DNA from: Hydrolagus colliei
Lineage: Eukaryota
Reading direction: 5' to 3'
Length of the DNA stretch: 64,000 nucleotides
NCBI GenBank assembly: GCA_035084275.1
Contig: CM068743.1
Coordinates: forward strand, 42,594,001 to 42,658,000
Shown: piece by piece, positions 48,316 to 60,282 of the stretch
Position numbering within the stretch: position 1 is the first letter of the stretch
Layout of the letters: the number at the start of each line of letters is the position of its first letter
Made by a program: the position numbers and the translations under genes
The notes under the pieces: model-generated
Told to the model about the DNA's origin: nothing
The model's database searches: none
What the model saw: only the letters and a program-made list of their open reading frames with translations

Positions 48316-49284
48316 AATTTGCTGTTGCTGTATTTTCAAGTATCACGATAGAGACTTTCTATCCGTCTCAAAAATTATACCAAAATAAGTATTTCCTCCA
48401 GGGAATCCCATAATTGTGGGCCAGCAAAAAATTGAGTCTGATTGGAGATTGTAAAAGAGAAAAATTCTCACTGCCCCACATGGACTTATCAGGGTTCAAA
48501 GGTTAAATGCACTTAATGTTCAGGGCAATTTGTTTCAAAGTACAAATTACGATGCACGCTTCCAACTTTCAAAAATGATCTGTTGCCCTGTATCCACCAC
48601 CACAGCAGCTTAGATACCAGCATCCCATGGAAAATTTGCTTACGTAAGTAAACTTATTCCAATTCTGTTCCCAACCTCAATTTTTTTTTGCCAGTCACAC
48701 ATATGGTGATTTCTTTTGTGTGGTATCACAGTGGTGCAGGGATGTGTTTTATTATCTCCTGTGATTTGAAAAAGAGAGAGAGGTGCTGCGGACAAGGATA
48801 ATAAATCAAGAATGTCTGTAAAAATTCATATCATAGGAAAGTACATCTTCTGGCTGGCAGTTTAGGCTTGGATCTAGTATTGCAGCATTTCACTAATTTA
48901 AGTGCATGTGCAGCTCAAATTCAACGTGAACTACATTTCATGACCGAAAATATGCCAATCTGGACAACTGATCTAAAGATCAAGTTTTGCATCATACATA
49001 ATACATCCTTTCATACAATTTACATTTATATAGTGCCTGCCACATCACGAGGATGTCGCAAAGGACTTTACAATGCTAGATGGACATCTGAGTTGGCAGC
49101 CCCTGGTTACTGGGGTTGAAGGGAGATTGCAGAGGTAGGCTGAGGCAAGACCGTGGAGATATTTTAGCATGGATAACTAAAACAAATCTGGAGAAGGAAA
49201 ATTCTAGAATGCAAGCTACCTACTCATTATCGGTATCAATTCCTTCCTCATTCAATTTTGCACCTAAAAAGACTATGTTGCTAT

Positions 49285-49385
49285 TGGAAACAGAAACAGA
49301 AATCACTGGGAACATTCTGCAGGTCAGGGAGCATCTATAGAGAAATGATTTTTTTTTGATTTCCAGCATCTGTAGTACTTTGCGT
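49285..49385. mobile_element. Degenerate Penelope-type hairpin remnant
   Basis: AAACAGAAATCACTGGGAACATTCTGCAGGTCAGGGAGCATCT and GATTTCCAGCATCTGTAGT resemble the arms of 8581-8787. Confidence 0.55.
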
Positions 49386-49578
49386 TATGTTGCTATTGAA
49401 AGTGGTATCTCACCTAAAAATATTAAATTAGTCACACATCTGACAGCTGTTTGCAGGACATTGCTAAGGCAGATTAATGCCTGCATTTGTGTGCTTGACA
49501 ACAGTCCACGGAACACTTGTGGGAAAAAATTTAAATGCTTCGATATTCCAGTTTATTGTATCAAACACAAGACATATA

Positions 49579-50467
49579 CAGATACCCCTCCCCAACCACG
49601 GGGGATACATTCCTGTAAACCTCCACGGTTGGTAAAATTGTGGTTAGAAAATACAGGGCCCTATGGCAAACATGGGGTCAGGGGGAGTAAGTTTGCTTTT
49701 TTGTGGTTGGAAAATGCAAGGCCCTATGCGAAACATGGGAATACGGGTGGTAAGTTTGCGTTTCGTAGAACTAAACACAAAAAAAACACATACGGTTATA
49801 ACATACATGGGGATAGAGGGAGTAAGTTTGGGTGCGTTGGCTGCCAGGATCTGCAGGAATCCGCGAGGCTGTCTGACTGACTGACTGACTGGTCTACACA
49901 CAGACAAGAGGATAGAGAGAGGTGAGAGAGAGAAGAGGGATGGGGAGCGGGGGGGTGGGGGGAAGAGAAGGTGAAATAGAGAGAAGGTGAGAGAGAGACC
50001 TTTCTAAAGTCTGAGATGCACTCACAGAGAGAGAGATCTGCAGATCCTGGCAGCCAATGCTCCCAAACTTACCAGCTAGCCTGCAGAGAAGCGACAATAA
50101 ATTTATGTTATTTACCATAATCCTAAGAGAGAAGTGTGTCGCTGGTTAATTGCAACATCGCAACTGGATCCTAGTGCTATACGGTAGCTGTTCGCACACA
50201 CACATTACCTGTAGATCCACGAGTGCAGCTAGACCACGTGGGGTAGTAAAGATGCTGCTAGGCGGGAAACGCGGATGAATACACACTAATATACGGATGA
50301 ATGCGGTCCCTTGTTTGGAAGAGTGAAACTAGAAAATTTAAACCCGCGGATTTAAATCACGGGTGCGCAAAACGCATTGCCACGGTTTGCGAGGGTTGTC
50401 ACATTTAGCAAACCGTGGATGCGTGAGTTTCGTGGTTGACGAGGCCGTGGTTGGGGCAGGATACCTG
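49579..50467. mobile_element. Tigger/pogo-like MITE with internal tandem and inverted repeats
   Basis: TA|CAGATACCCCTCCCCAACCACGG ... CCGTGGTTGGGGCAGGATACCTG|TA; internal repeat of about 60 bp (AGGGCCCTATGG.AAACATGGG...GTAAGTTTG). Confidence 0.87.
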
Positions 50468-51869
50468 TACTTTGTAAACTTGCCTGCCCTCTTCTCATCA
50501 TATCCTTAAATTTCCTCTCTTGAGAAGCTCATTCAATTATCTTTTGAGCCCACTGATATTGTTTGCTTCAATGTTCTTACCTCGCAACATCTTGCACAAG
50601 TCTATTACCCTTGTGTAAACGACAATCTGACTGAGTGCTCCACTTCCTCCCAGTGTCCTAATTTTTAACCTGGTTGTTAAATTTGAAGGTTGCAATAAAG
50701 TGACTAAAATGTGGCTCTTTATAAATAATGACAGTGCCAGTGAAGATTGACATGAATTTCTGTTACTTAGCTGGGAAAGAGTTTCAAAATACTGTATGTT
50801 CAGAATCATATTCAGAAATGTGAATTTGCATCAGGAAGTTCTTGTGCTTACTTACTACTGTATTATTGTAAACAACGTCATTACTGACAGAAAAAAATCT
50901 CCAAATCATGCTGCTCAAACATAATACAGCATACACTGCAAACGTTTACAGCAAATTCATAAGGAAAACTTCAACACAGCTCAAATTTCAAAAATATATA
51001 TCAAATGTTCCTCCCAATGAGAGAGGAACATGCTGTATTTAAATACTGCATTTAAGCACATTGTTTGAATCACATATTGAATTGTTCTGCTCCATTTCCA
51101 GCTCTCTATTCATATTTTGTTTTGCTTGACTATTCACTAATATTGGTTTATCTATATTGAAATTCTAGGCCCTTTGAAGACATGAAGCTGAACAAATGAT
51201 TGGTTGCATGTCATTGGTAGGTTATAACTCTGCTATAATATTAACATATTTATTAGGGAGATTCAGATTAAAAAATGTGCACTGATTGATACACAACTAA
51301 GGTACTTTAGAAGTCAAACTGGATTAATTTATCAAAAAAATGCAATCAAAAGCATAACCATAAAACTAAATGGTGCAACTGTTGTATGTTGTAGTATAGC
51401 ACATTGCACAACAAATGAATTGGGGTAGAAATTTTGATGGTAGAAATCAGACGTTAAGTGATTCTGAACTTTACCCCACTCAATATTTGCATATACTATA
51501 TTTAAAAGGGAAGTCGAAATAAAGTATTTCCAGCTGAAATTGCTCCTACAATTATAGAAAAAAAATGTTCTTATGAATTGTGTTCCACTTGTATATTGAG
51601 TAATCCTGACTTTATTTAATTAATTTAAACCCACTTCCTCCATTATTAAGTTGACATCATTGTGAAGGCAAGGTGATGAAGCTGAAGTGTTGAGGTTATC
51701 AGGGACGGTTGCTCTTTGACTAGCCTGGTAACCAATTCAGAGACTCCTCACACCTTTGTTGTTTTGCCTTCATGGCATTTCTTTCCCCTCACATTTGTCT
51801 ACCAATGCTTGAGCTTTGTTTGTTTCTTCTCCTTAAATTTCCCTTGTGGTGTTCTGAAGGTTACCGTGC

Positions 51870-52170
51870 ATGCCTCACAGACACCTGGAAATGACCTGGG
51901 TTTGATTCTCGGGCAGGGCAAAATGTTTACCTAGCAATAAGTAGGAACCTGGTTGTTAGTCAATTAGTGGATCGCTTTTCTGGAGTAATAATCTCATCCA
52001 AAAATAAATAATGATTTGGTTCCCAATCAATGACTACTTGTGGGTACACTGTTGTCCACAATTTGCTGCTGCATTCTGCCCACAAAATAAACAGTCAATT
52101 CACTTAACAGTATATTCTGTCTCAAATACATGATGAGGTGCTATATAAAATGCAACGATGATAACTATTT
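51870..52170 (+). mobile_element. Deu-core SINE, older long form
   Basis: GACCTGGGTTTGATTC head remnant, long middle segment, core, tail. Confidence 0.7.
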
Positions 52171-52455
52171 TTATTCACATTACCATTCTTTCTCCCAATA
52201 TTGCTGCAGATTGAGAGTTCTGTTTTATTACGCCTTAAGCCAAGCCACACTGAACAACATGAAGCCGACACTATAGAAACTAAAATAATTATATAGTTTT
52301 AATGATCAAACTTTCTTATTTGTACCATTCTGTGTGAGAAAATGGCCAGCAGACATTCAGGAAAGAATTGGAAAGCCATTCTGTAAATTGAACCCAATTG
52401 TCAGATTTGGTTACTAAATAATATATAGCTGAGTACTTACATATTTCCTATATGT

Positions 52456-52768
52456 GGAGTCCTCGTGGAATCCTGTAGCTCAGTAGTTAGAGTACTTGCC
52501 TCACAAGCAAGAGACCTGGGTTCAATTCTAAGCAAGGTGAAACCTTGGGCAAGTTTCCTTACTCCACATGCCTAATAATAATCCCTCAAAAAAGCAACAA
52601 TAGCAAAGTGGGTAATTTCAATCCAAGACTGTCTGTGGGATACTGTTGTGCACAATTGGCTGCCACATTTCGCCCACATATATACAGTCAATTCACAATG
52701 TATTCTGTGAAGCGCTTTGAGACGTCTAGAAGGCACAAAAGTGCTACATCAAATGCAAAGATTATTAA
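52456..52768 (+). mobile_element. Full-length Deu-core SINE
   Basis: TAGCTCAGTAG A box, GGTTCAATTC B box, core, tail. Confidence 0.9.
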
Positions 52769-52969
52769 TATGTTCTCTTTTCCATTTTTGCTTTGGATTT
52801 TAACAACGACCTAAGTAGATGTCTTAAAATAAAAATGATTTGTATGCGCAAAAGGCTGGTAAATGGGACTGCATGGATTTCTCTTTTAAACAACTTTCTC
52901 TTTCAGTTATAATCAGCCATTGACTATGTAGGGGATAGAGTGGAAGAACCAAAGTTTGTGGGAAAAGTG

Positions 52970-53390
52970 CATTGGCAGATTGTGTACAGCAGTGTCCCAC
53001 AAATAATTCTGGATTGTTAATAATAATAGCAACAACAACAATAATAATAATCCTTGCATTTGATATAGAGCTTTTCACGTCTTCTAGATGTCTCAAAGCA
53101 CTTCACAGAATAAACTGTAACGTGAATTGACTGCATATTTTTGTGCAAAAGGCGGCAGCCAATTGTGCACAGCAGTGTCCCACAAACAGTCGATAATTGA
53201 AATGACCAACTTATTATTCCTTTTTTTGAGTGACTATTATTAGGCGTATAGAGTAAGGAAACTCAAGGAGTAAGGATTAAGTGACTAAATTATTATGTTT
53301 TGAAAGGAATTATCATCCCTGGAGAAAAAAATATCTGCCATTTGATTTAACAACCAGATTCCTATTTACTGTTGGGTAACCTGAGGTGTT
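52970..53390 (-). mobile_element. SINE (53030-53270) nested within an older SINE
   Basis: The older core at 52970-53010 continues at 53275-53390 around a younger reverse copy. Confidence 0.7.
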
Positions 53391-53744
53391 GTGGAGGAAG
53401 GAAACAATGTTTATTTCATACAAGTTCAATTATCATTCAATGCGCATAACTCAACATAAACTACAAGTCTGAGCAGTCCTCATCAATCAGTGAGATGGTA
53501 CAATAAGTTGATGGTTATATTACATCTAAATTTGATTAAGAGGTGTAAATACCTGCTTTCAGGACTAAAATGCAATTGCTCAATGTGATGAAGGTGCTTA
53601 GTTCATGACAAAAACTTGGACCTATTATACCTTTGCGGGTCCATTATTACCTCGACTCCGCCACTACCTCACCCCAAAGCCCTTGATGTTGTTATTGTAT
53701 TCTAATGTGATTACAGCTTGTGAGCTTCAAAACCTGCCACCATT

Positions 53745-53967
53745 AATAATAATAATCCTTCTATTTGATATTGCACATTATCACGTCTTTGAGACATCTC
53801 AAAGCGCTTCAAAGAATATACTGTGAAGTGAATTGACTATTTTATGGGCAAAACGTGACAGCAAACTGACTAACAACCAGGTTCCTATTTACTGCTGGGT
53901 AAACAGAGGCATCTGGAGTAAAGTTTCATTGAGGCTAGTACTCCAACCACTAAACTATAGAGCTCCA
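53745..53967 (-). mobile_element. SINE long form, internally deleted
   Basis: Reverse tail, ACTAACAACCAGGTTCCTATTTACTGCTGGGTAAACAGAGGC, head GAGCTCC. Confidence 0.75.
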
Positions 53968-55496
53968 CAATTTGTTGAGTCAAAATTTTAAATGATCGCA
54001 GTTTTAGTTTTTGTATTTCAGCACATGAGCCACTTTCCTGAGTTCTGGAAACATTACCTCTCGCTATCTGGAATAAAATCTGTATTTATAATATTGAAAT
54101 GCTGTATTATCATCAACCAAGAAAGGTGAGCTGTTTGCATTGTTAATTTGTAGGTATTATTTGAAATAACCTGCTTCAGTTAAAGGGTTGTTGATTCAAG
54201 TCCAACGTTGGGGCCTCAAACCCATAATCCAGCTGACACTCTAAAACAGTGCTGGAGGAATGTTGCATTGTCCGAGCTACCGAACTACAGATGAGACATG
54301 AAGGGAAGGTCTTGTCTACACATTCAGATGGAAATTAAAGATCACTTGTCACCATTCAAATAGAGGAAAGAGTTTCTTCTAGAGTCCTGACTATCAACAC
54401 TCCATAGGTAACATTGGTCATTCACTAGGTTTTTGTAGGACATTACTATGTGTCATTAGAGGGCATATTTTCCCGCAACATATACAATCAAAGCACGATG
54501 CTTTGATCAAATTAATTCCCGTAAAGGAATTGTTGATATCTCAACATGATGAATCAGTGGTATGTTATATGCAAGTATCACTGAATGGAAAGATTGTCAT
54601 TAAATAAAATGTTGTTGGGATGAATCTCAAGACCATTGACTGCACTATTGGTCATCTTTTCCCCTTCCCACTCCCAGTTTACATGCCATGTCGGTATTCT
54701 TAATCTCCTCAGGACATCCTGACATGAAAGGAGCTATAGAAATGTAAATTTATATTGTATTCCAGTTTAATCACTGTCCTATTTGGACTAATTGAGAATA
54801 TCCGCATTAACTCATCACGTTAGTAACCATTTCTTCAAACCAACAACGAACTACATGGACAACATCACTGTTGTAAAGTTTTCATGATTTCCATGCTTTT
54901 AACTACTTTGTTCTCCAATTTATGCTCAATGACATACTGCTAAGTATTCCATCTCCATTAGAACTATTAAACTTGAACACTGACAACATTTCTCAAAAGG
55001 AAATGACATTACATCATAAATCTGTGGTTTTACTCATCATGAAACAATGTTTTACGCTTTGGCCAAAGTTACCATGCCCTTCACTTCGCAGGCTTTGGAT
55101 ATTGAAATGGCTAGAGTTATTTCTACAGTTAATTTAAAAGTTATGTAGGTACAATATTGAATTGAAACAAAAAAATTTACCTCAAATCTATAAGCGTTCA
55201 CATCACTCGGATAGGCTTTCAGTCATTCTAACCCCATTCTATGGAACCCCATCCCGAATCTCTATGCTTTGTTCTTGCACAACCATCAATTAATTCACAT
55301 CTCAAAATGTACCCCTTTGACTATCTTTCCCCTCCCCACTCCCAGCTCAAGTGCCCATCCAGTACTGTGATTATCCTTTGGGAAATCCTCCATATTTATA
55401 TAGTGAATAAAAATGTAAACTGGAATTTTTAAATTGTTATTTATGATTTTGTTCAACCTTTTTTTTTAGGGGTTAAATAGTACCAGTACTTCACAC

Positions 55497-56829
55497 TAGG
55501 GAACGGCGATATGGGAATTTTCCGGATATGGATATATCGGTTGGCTCATGTCGAGATATACCGAAATATCGATATTTTCAGTTTTTTCGTACTGCGCATG
55601 CGCGCGCGCATCGGAGTGCGCGCGCATTCCGGGTGCGCGCGCATTCGGGGCCTATCTTCTCAGGAGGTAAATATCTTTCTCTCTCTGTGTCTCTCACTAT
55701 CTCCATCTCTGTGTTTTTATGTCTGTGTCTCTCTATGTCTCTCTCCCTCTCTCCTCTCTCACATCCCCCCCATCTCTATCTATCTGTATATTATCACATC
55801 CACCCCGTCTCTCCCCACCCACCGCCCCCCCCCCCGCCGTCCCTCTCTCGCATCCCCCACCACCGTCGTCTCTCTCCCCCACCCCCCCCCCCCAGCCGTC
55901 TCTTTCTCCCTCCCCCACCCAGCCGTCTCTATCTCCCTCCCCCCCCAGCCGTCTCTCTCCCCCTCCCCCCAGCCGTCTCTCTCCCCCTCTCCTCCCCCCC
56001 CCCGCCGTCTCTCTCTCCCTCCCCCCCCAGCCATCTCTCTCCCCCTCCCCCCCCCCCCAGCCGTCTCTCTCCACCTCTCCCCCCCCAGCCGTCTCTCTCC
56101 CCCTCTCCCCCCCAGCCATCTCTCTCCCCCTCTCCCCCCCAGCCATCTCTCTCCCCCTCTCCCCCCCGGCCATCTCTCTCCCCCTCTCCCCCACAGCCAT
56201 CTCTTTCCCCCTCTCCCCACCCCCAGCCGTCTCTCTCCGCTCTCCCCCCCCCACCCCAGCCGTCTATCTCCCTCTCCCCCCAGCCATCTCTCTCCCCCTC
56301 TCCTCCTTCCCCCAGCCGTCTCTCTCCCTTTCCCCCCCCCCCCCAGCCGTCTATCTCCCTCTCCCCCCAGCCGTCTCTCTCCCCTCTCCCCCCGCCCCCC
56401 AGCCGTCTATCTCCCTCTCCCCCCAGCCGTCTCTCTCCCCCTCTCCTCCTTCCCCCAGCCGTCTCTCTCCCTCTCTCCCCCTCTCCTCCCCCCCCCCCAG
56501 CCGTCTCTCCCCCTCTCCTCCCCCCCCCAGCCGTCTCTCTCCCCCTCACCCCCTCCCACCCACAGCCGTCTCTCTCCCCCCACCCCTTGCATACCTGTAT
56601 ATTGTATTCAAGGACTATGAATACAAGATGGTGGCTTTGCACCTCGGTCTGTGCGTTGTGTATAGAGATGAGCATTCTGGGTCTTGTAGTTGATTGTGCT
56701 CGTATCCCGAATTTTTACCTCGATATATCGTTTTTCGATATATCGATATTTTTAAAATGTCTATATCGGCATATCGATATGAAAATCATATCGGGTTTTA
56801 GCGATATACCGATATATCGCCATTCCCTA
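55497..56829. mobile_element. hAT non-autonomous element, long copy with expanded minisatellite
   Basis: TAGGGAACGGCGATAT ... ATATCGCCATTCCCTA termini; perfect 8-bp TSD CTTCACAC (55489-55496, 56830-56837); multiple subterminal GATATATCG/CGATAT motifs. Confidence 0.94.
55800..56585 (+). repeat. C-rich minisatellite, unit CCCCCAGCCGTCTCTCTCCCCCTCT
   Basis: Roughly 30 variable units inside the hAT element. Confidence 0.95.
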
Positions 56830-57139
56830 CTTCACACCAGTGCATATTGCTTTCTCGTGTAAGGTTAGAAACATTGCTGTTAGTAATCAAAAACACTAGT
56901 ATATTAGAGAAAACAAACAAGGTTATGTTATGGACTTTTAAGTTCACATTGGCTCCAAGGTGATGTGCTTAGAAAAAGGGGGATTGCAACTAAGTCATCT
57001 CAGCAAAGGAATACCATACTATAGTTGTAAAGGAAGTCCAAAGTGACACTCTCCCAACAATGCCAACAATGCTCTGTGGCAGTGACTAAAGCCAGATGTT
57101 GGGATGTATCAAAAGAAAAATAGTAAGTTAAAATATTAG

Positions 57140-57716
57140 GGTAATCCTGCCACTGCAAAAATCAAAGGTGAGACTACAATTAGAGTACGATGTGCAGTTC
57201 TGGTTGCCACAATACATAAAGGATATTGGGGAAATTGAGAAGATACAGAGGAGGGCACCAAAATGATTGAGGAAATGCAAGGACTGGACTGTGAGGAGCA
57301 ACTAAGTAAATTGGGCATGTTCACACGGGAAAACAGAAGATTGAGAGGTGACATAATTGCTGTCTTTGAGATTCTAAAGGGGTGAGACAATGTAGATCAC
57401 AACAAGTGTTTCAAGTTGTCCATAATAGTAAAACCAGAGGACACAGTCTCTGAAGTGGGGTAAATTCAGAACAAATCTACGCAAACACTATTTTAGTGAA
57501 CAAATAGTGAACCTGTAAAACAGGATTCCTAAGGAGATGGTTGAGGCAGTAAGTGTTGATTCTTTCAAAGTCAACTTAGATTGTTTTCTTGCAGGAAATA
57601 ACAGCATGGGATATAGCACACTGGTAATTCAGGGCTTAAGTGCATGCAACCAAAAGGAAGTTGGAAGGTGAATTAGATAGACTTTTGTCTTTTTTCATCT
57701 GGAGTTTCTTACGTTT
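57140..57716 (+). mobile_element. CR1 3' fragment
   Basis: VRLQLEYDVQFW; ENRRLRGDIIAVFEILKG; TRGH; same subfamily as 26900-27900. Confidence 0.85.
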
Positions 57717-57727
57717 TTATTATGATC

Positions 57728-58040
57728 ATGGAATCCTCTAGTTCAATAGTAAGAGCACTCGCCTTACAAGTGTTGAGACCAGTGTTAAAATCCAGTCAGG
57801 GGCTAAACCTTGGACAAGTTTCCTTACTCCACATACCCAATAATAATCCCTCAAAAAAAAACTAAAATAAATTGGTCATTTCAATCCATGACTGTTTGTG
57901 GGACTCTGCTGTGTGCAATTGGCTGCTGCATTTCACCCACAAAAAATGTAGTCAATTCACTTTACAGTATATTCTGTGAAGTACTTTGAGACATCTAGAT
58001 GGTGTGAACAGTGCAATATGAAATGCTAGGATTATTATTA
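57728..58040 (+). mobile_element. Full-length Deu-core SINE with TSD
   Basis: Head, core and (ATT)n tail; TTATTATGATC on both flanks (57717-57727, 58041-58051). Confidence 0.9.
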
Positions 58041-59514
58041 TTATTATGATCCTGTCTAGAAAAGGCAAATGAAAGTTGTTGCAGACAATATAAAAATCAG
58101 GGTCTATAATGTTGGATTGGAAGATTTGCTTTAATGTTATTGGTGGGTAGAAATTCCACCTGCGTCTACACTTACTTTATCAGGGTAATATTTCAGATCA
58201 TCCAGAATTTAGCAAATGATGAGTGTTAACATTGTAAAGAACTTAAAGAAACTGGCATAAAAATTAAAGTCTATGTTTGAGATTTTGACAAATTTAAAAT
58301 GCTCTTAAATGTTCTGTTAACAAAGTAAATTTAGACCAAGGTGGAATTTCTATCCAAGTTGAAAATCCAACCACAACACATTTGTATTTGAAATCTCCCC
58401 CTCCCCATTGTGTGGGCAAACATTATGTTATAGAACCGTGTTGTCAATGCACAACAAACACACACCCAGAGTGTAACACTTGGGATAGCACTGAGCAGAG
58501 GTTCACTGCTTGAGCTCTCAGTTGCCTTGGATCATGAAAGTAGAGATTCAATTTATGCTGGTTCAAAGAACCTGCTACAAATCTCCAGCAGTTTTTGCCG
58601 ATTTGATAAAGCTGGTTCACTCATCAGGTAGGTGATTGCCAGCCTCCTTGTGCAAGAATCCAACTGTGGCTTAAACTGTAGGAGATCGCATTGAGTTTAG
58701 ATCATCAAGGCTTGAACTGAAAGCATTCTCCATGGAGCCAAGTATCAAGGTAAGGTACAAGAGTACATGTTTCAAATCAGTTTATGCTTTCAGTAAAAAA
58801 TGTGTTATATTAGATCATATAACAAATGCTTATTAACCAAATTAATTTAGGCACTAAAGAGATATTTCACAGCGAATCTGATAAGCATGTGTTATTGTTA
58901 GGAATTAACTAATACATATTTAAGAAGGACAGCAAAGTAGAGTACTTCACACCTTCAATAAACAAGGTGAGCAAGCCAATTCTGTCAACTAATTTCAATT
59001 ATCTAAATTGAAATTATGCAGACTGCATTAATGAACTTCAGAGAATCTCTTATTATGAACCATTCTATTCAGTAATCTATTTAGTATTCAAATAACAAAC
59101 ATAATCAAAGTTATGTGCTGAATCCAATGACATTGGATGTTATCTTACAGGTATCCAGAAACAGGAGGCATCCTTCAATCAATATAAGGGAGTAACAAAA
59201 GTCCCCTTTGGGGCAAAGTCTGGAATGGTCAAGTCGAAGGTTATGCAAAGTGCACCCATATAATCTTTATTTATTGGTGAATTAAGTTCATTACATCTCT
59301 TCCAAAAAATTCACAATTGACACACATTGACTTCATTTGCTGTATACAAACATACATGTCCTCGTCTAATTAGTAGACTAGTCAATCCTACTGCAGTCTC
59401 TAGGGTCAATCACACATTGATTGCTACAAACTATAATTTTACAATAATATGATTACCACCATTTTATTAGCTATCATCACAAAGTGCCCCTTGTTTTTTT
59501 ATCATTTTTCTCCA

Positions 59515-60282
59515 TTAGATGGAATATATTGTGGGGAAGTGTGAAGTTATTCACCTAGGTAGAAAAATAGAAAAGTGGATTATTTTCTGTAGGGGGAGAG
59601 ACTAGGTAGTGTTAGTGTTCAGAGGGAGTTGGCTGTCCTTGTATTCCAGTCACAATAGGTTAGTATTCAGGTACAGCAAGCAATTAGGAAGGCTAATGGT
59701 ATGTTAGCATTCATTGCAAAAGGGTTAGAGTACAAGAACAAGGAAGTCTTGCTGCAATTGTCTAGGGCCATGGTGAGACCACACCTAGAATATTGTGTGA
59801 AGTTTTGGTCTCCTTATTTAAGAAAATAGATACATGCCTTAGAGGGGGTGCAGCATAAATTCACTAAATTGATTCCTGGGATGAGGGGGTTGAGCTATGA
59901 GGATAGATTGACTAAACTGGGCCTACATTCTCTAGAAGATAGAAGAGTTACAGATGATCCTATAGAAACCTTTAAGATTCTTAAGGAGATTGACAGAGTA
60001 GACAGTGTGATCATAGTCTCAAGAATAAGGGTCAGCCTTTTCGAACAGAGTTGAGGAAACATTTCTTCATGCAAAGTACCCAAAAGGCTGTGGATGCTCA
60101 GTCCTTGAATATATTGAAGGCTGATTGATAGATTTCTAATGGATAGAGGGATTAAAGGATATGGGGATAGGGCGAGTAAATGGAATTAGGTTAGAAGATC
60201 AGATATGATCCTATTAAATGGTCGAGCAGGCTCTAGGGGCCAAATGGCCTATTCCTGTTCTTATTTCTTATGTTCTTATGTT
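59515..60282 (+). mobile_element. CR1 3' fragment (shark-type subfamily)
   Basis: KCEVIHLGRK; VQQAIRKANGMLAFIAKGLEYKNKEVLLQL..AMVRPHLEYCVKFWSP; (TTCTTATG)n tail. Confidence 0.92.

Noticed and set aside
55511-56862. Long Pro/Ser/Leu-rich ORFs (369, 444 and 324 aa) and antisense Gly/Arg/Glu-rich ORFs
   Set aside because: Stop-free frames produced by the C-rich minisatellite inside a hAT non-autonomous element; open in most frames with no domain.
58485-58627. VALDHESRDSIYAGSKNLLQIS, resembling a Sema-domain strand
   Set aside because: Too short and weak, with no suitable upstream acceptor and no further Sema or plexin exons.
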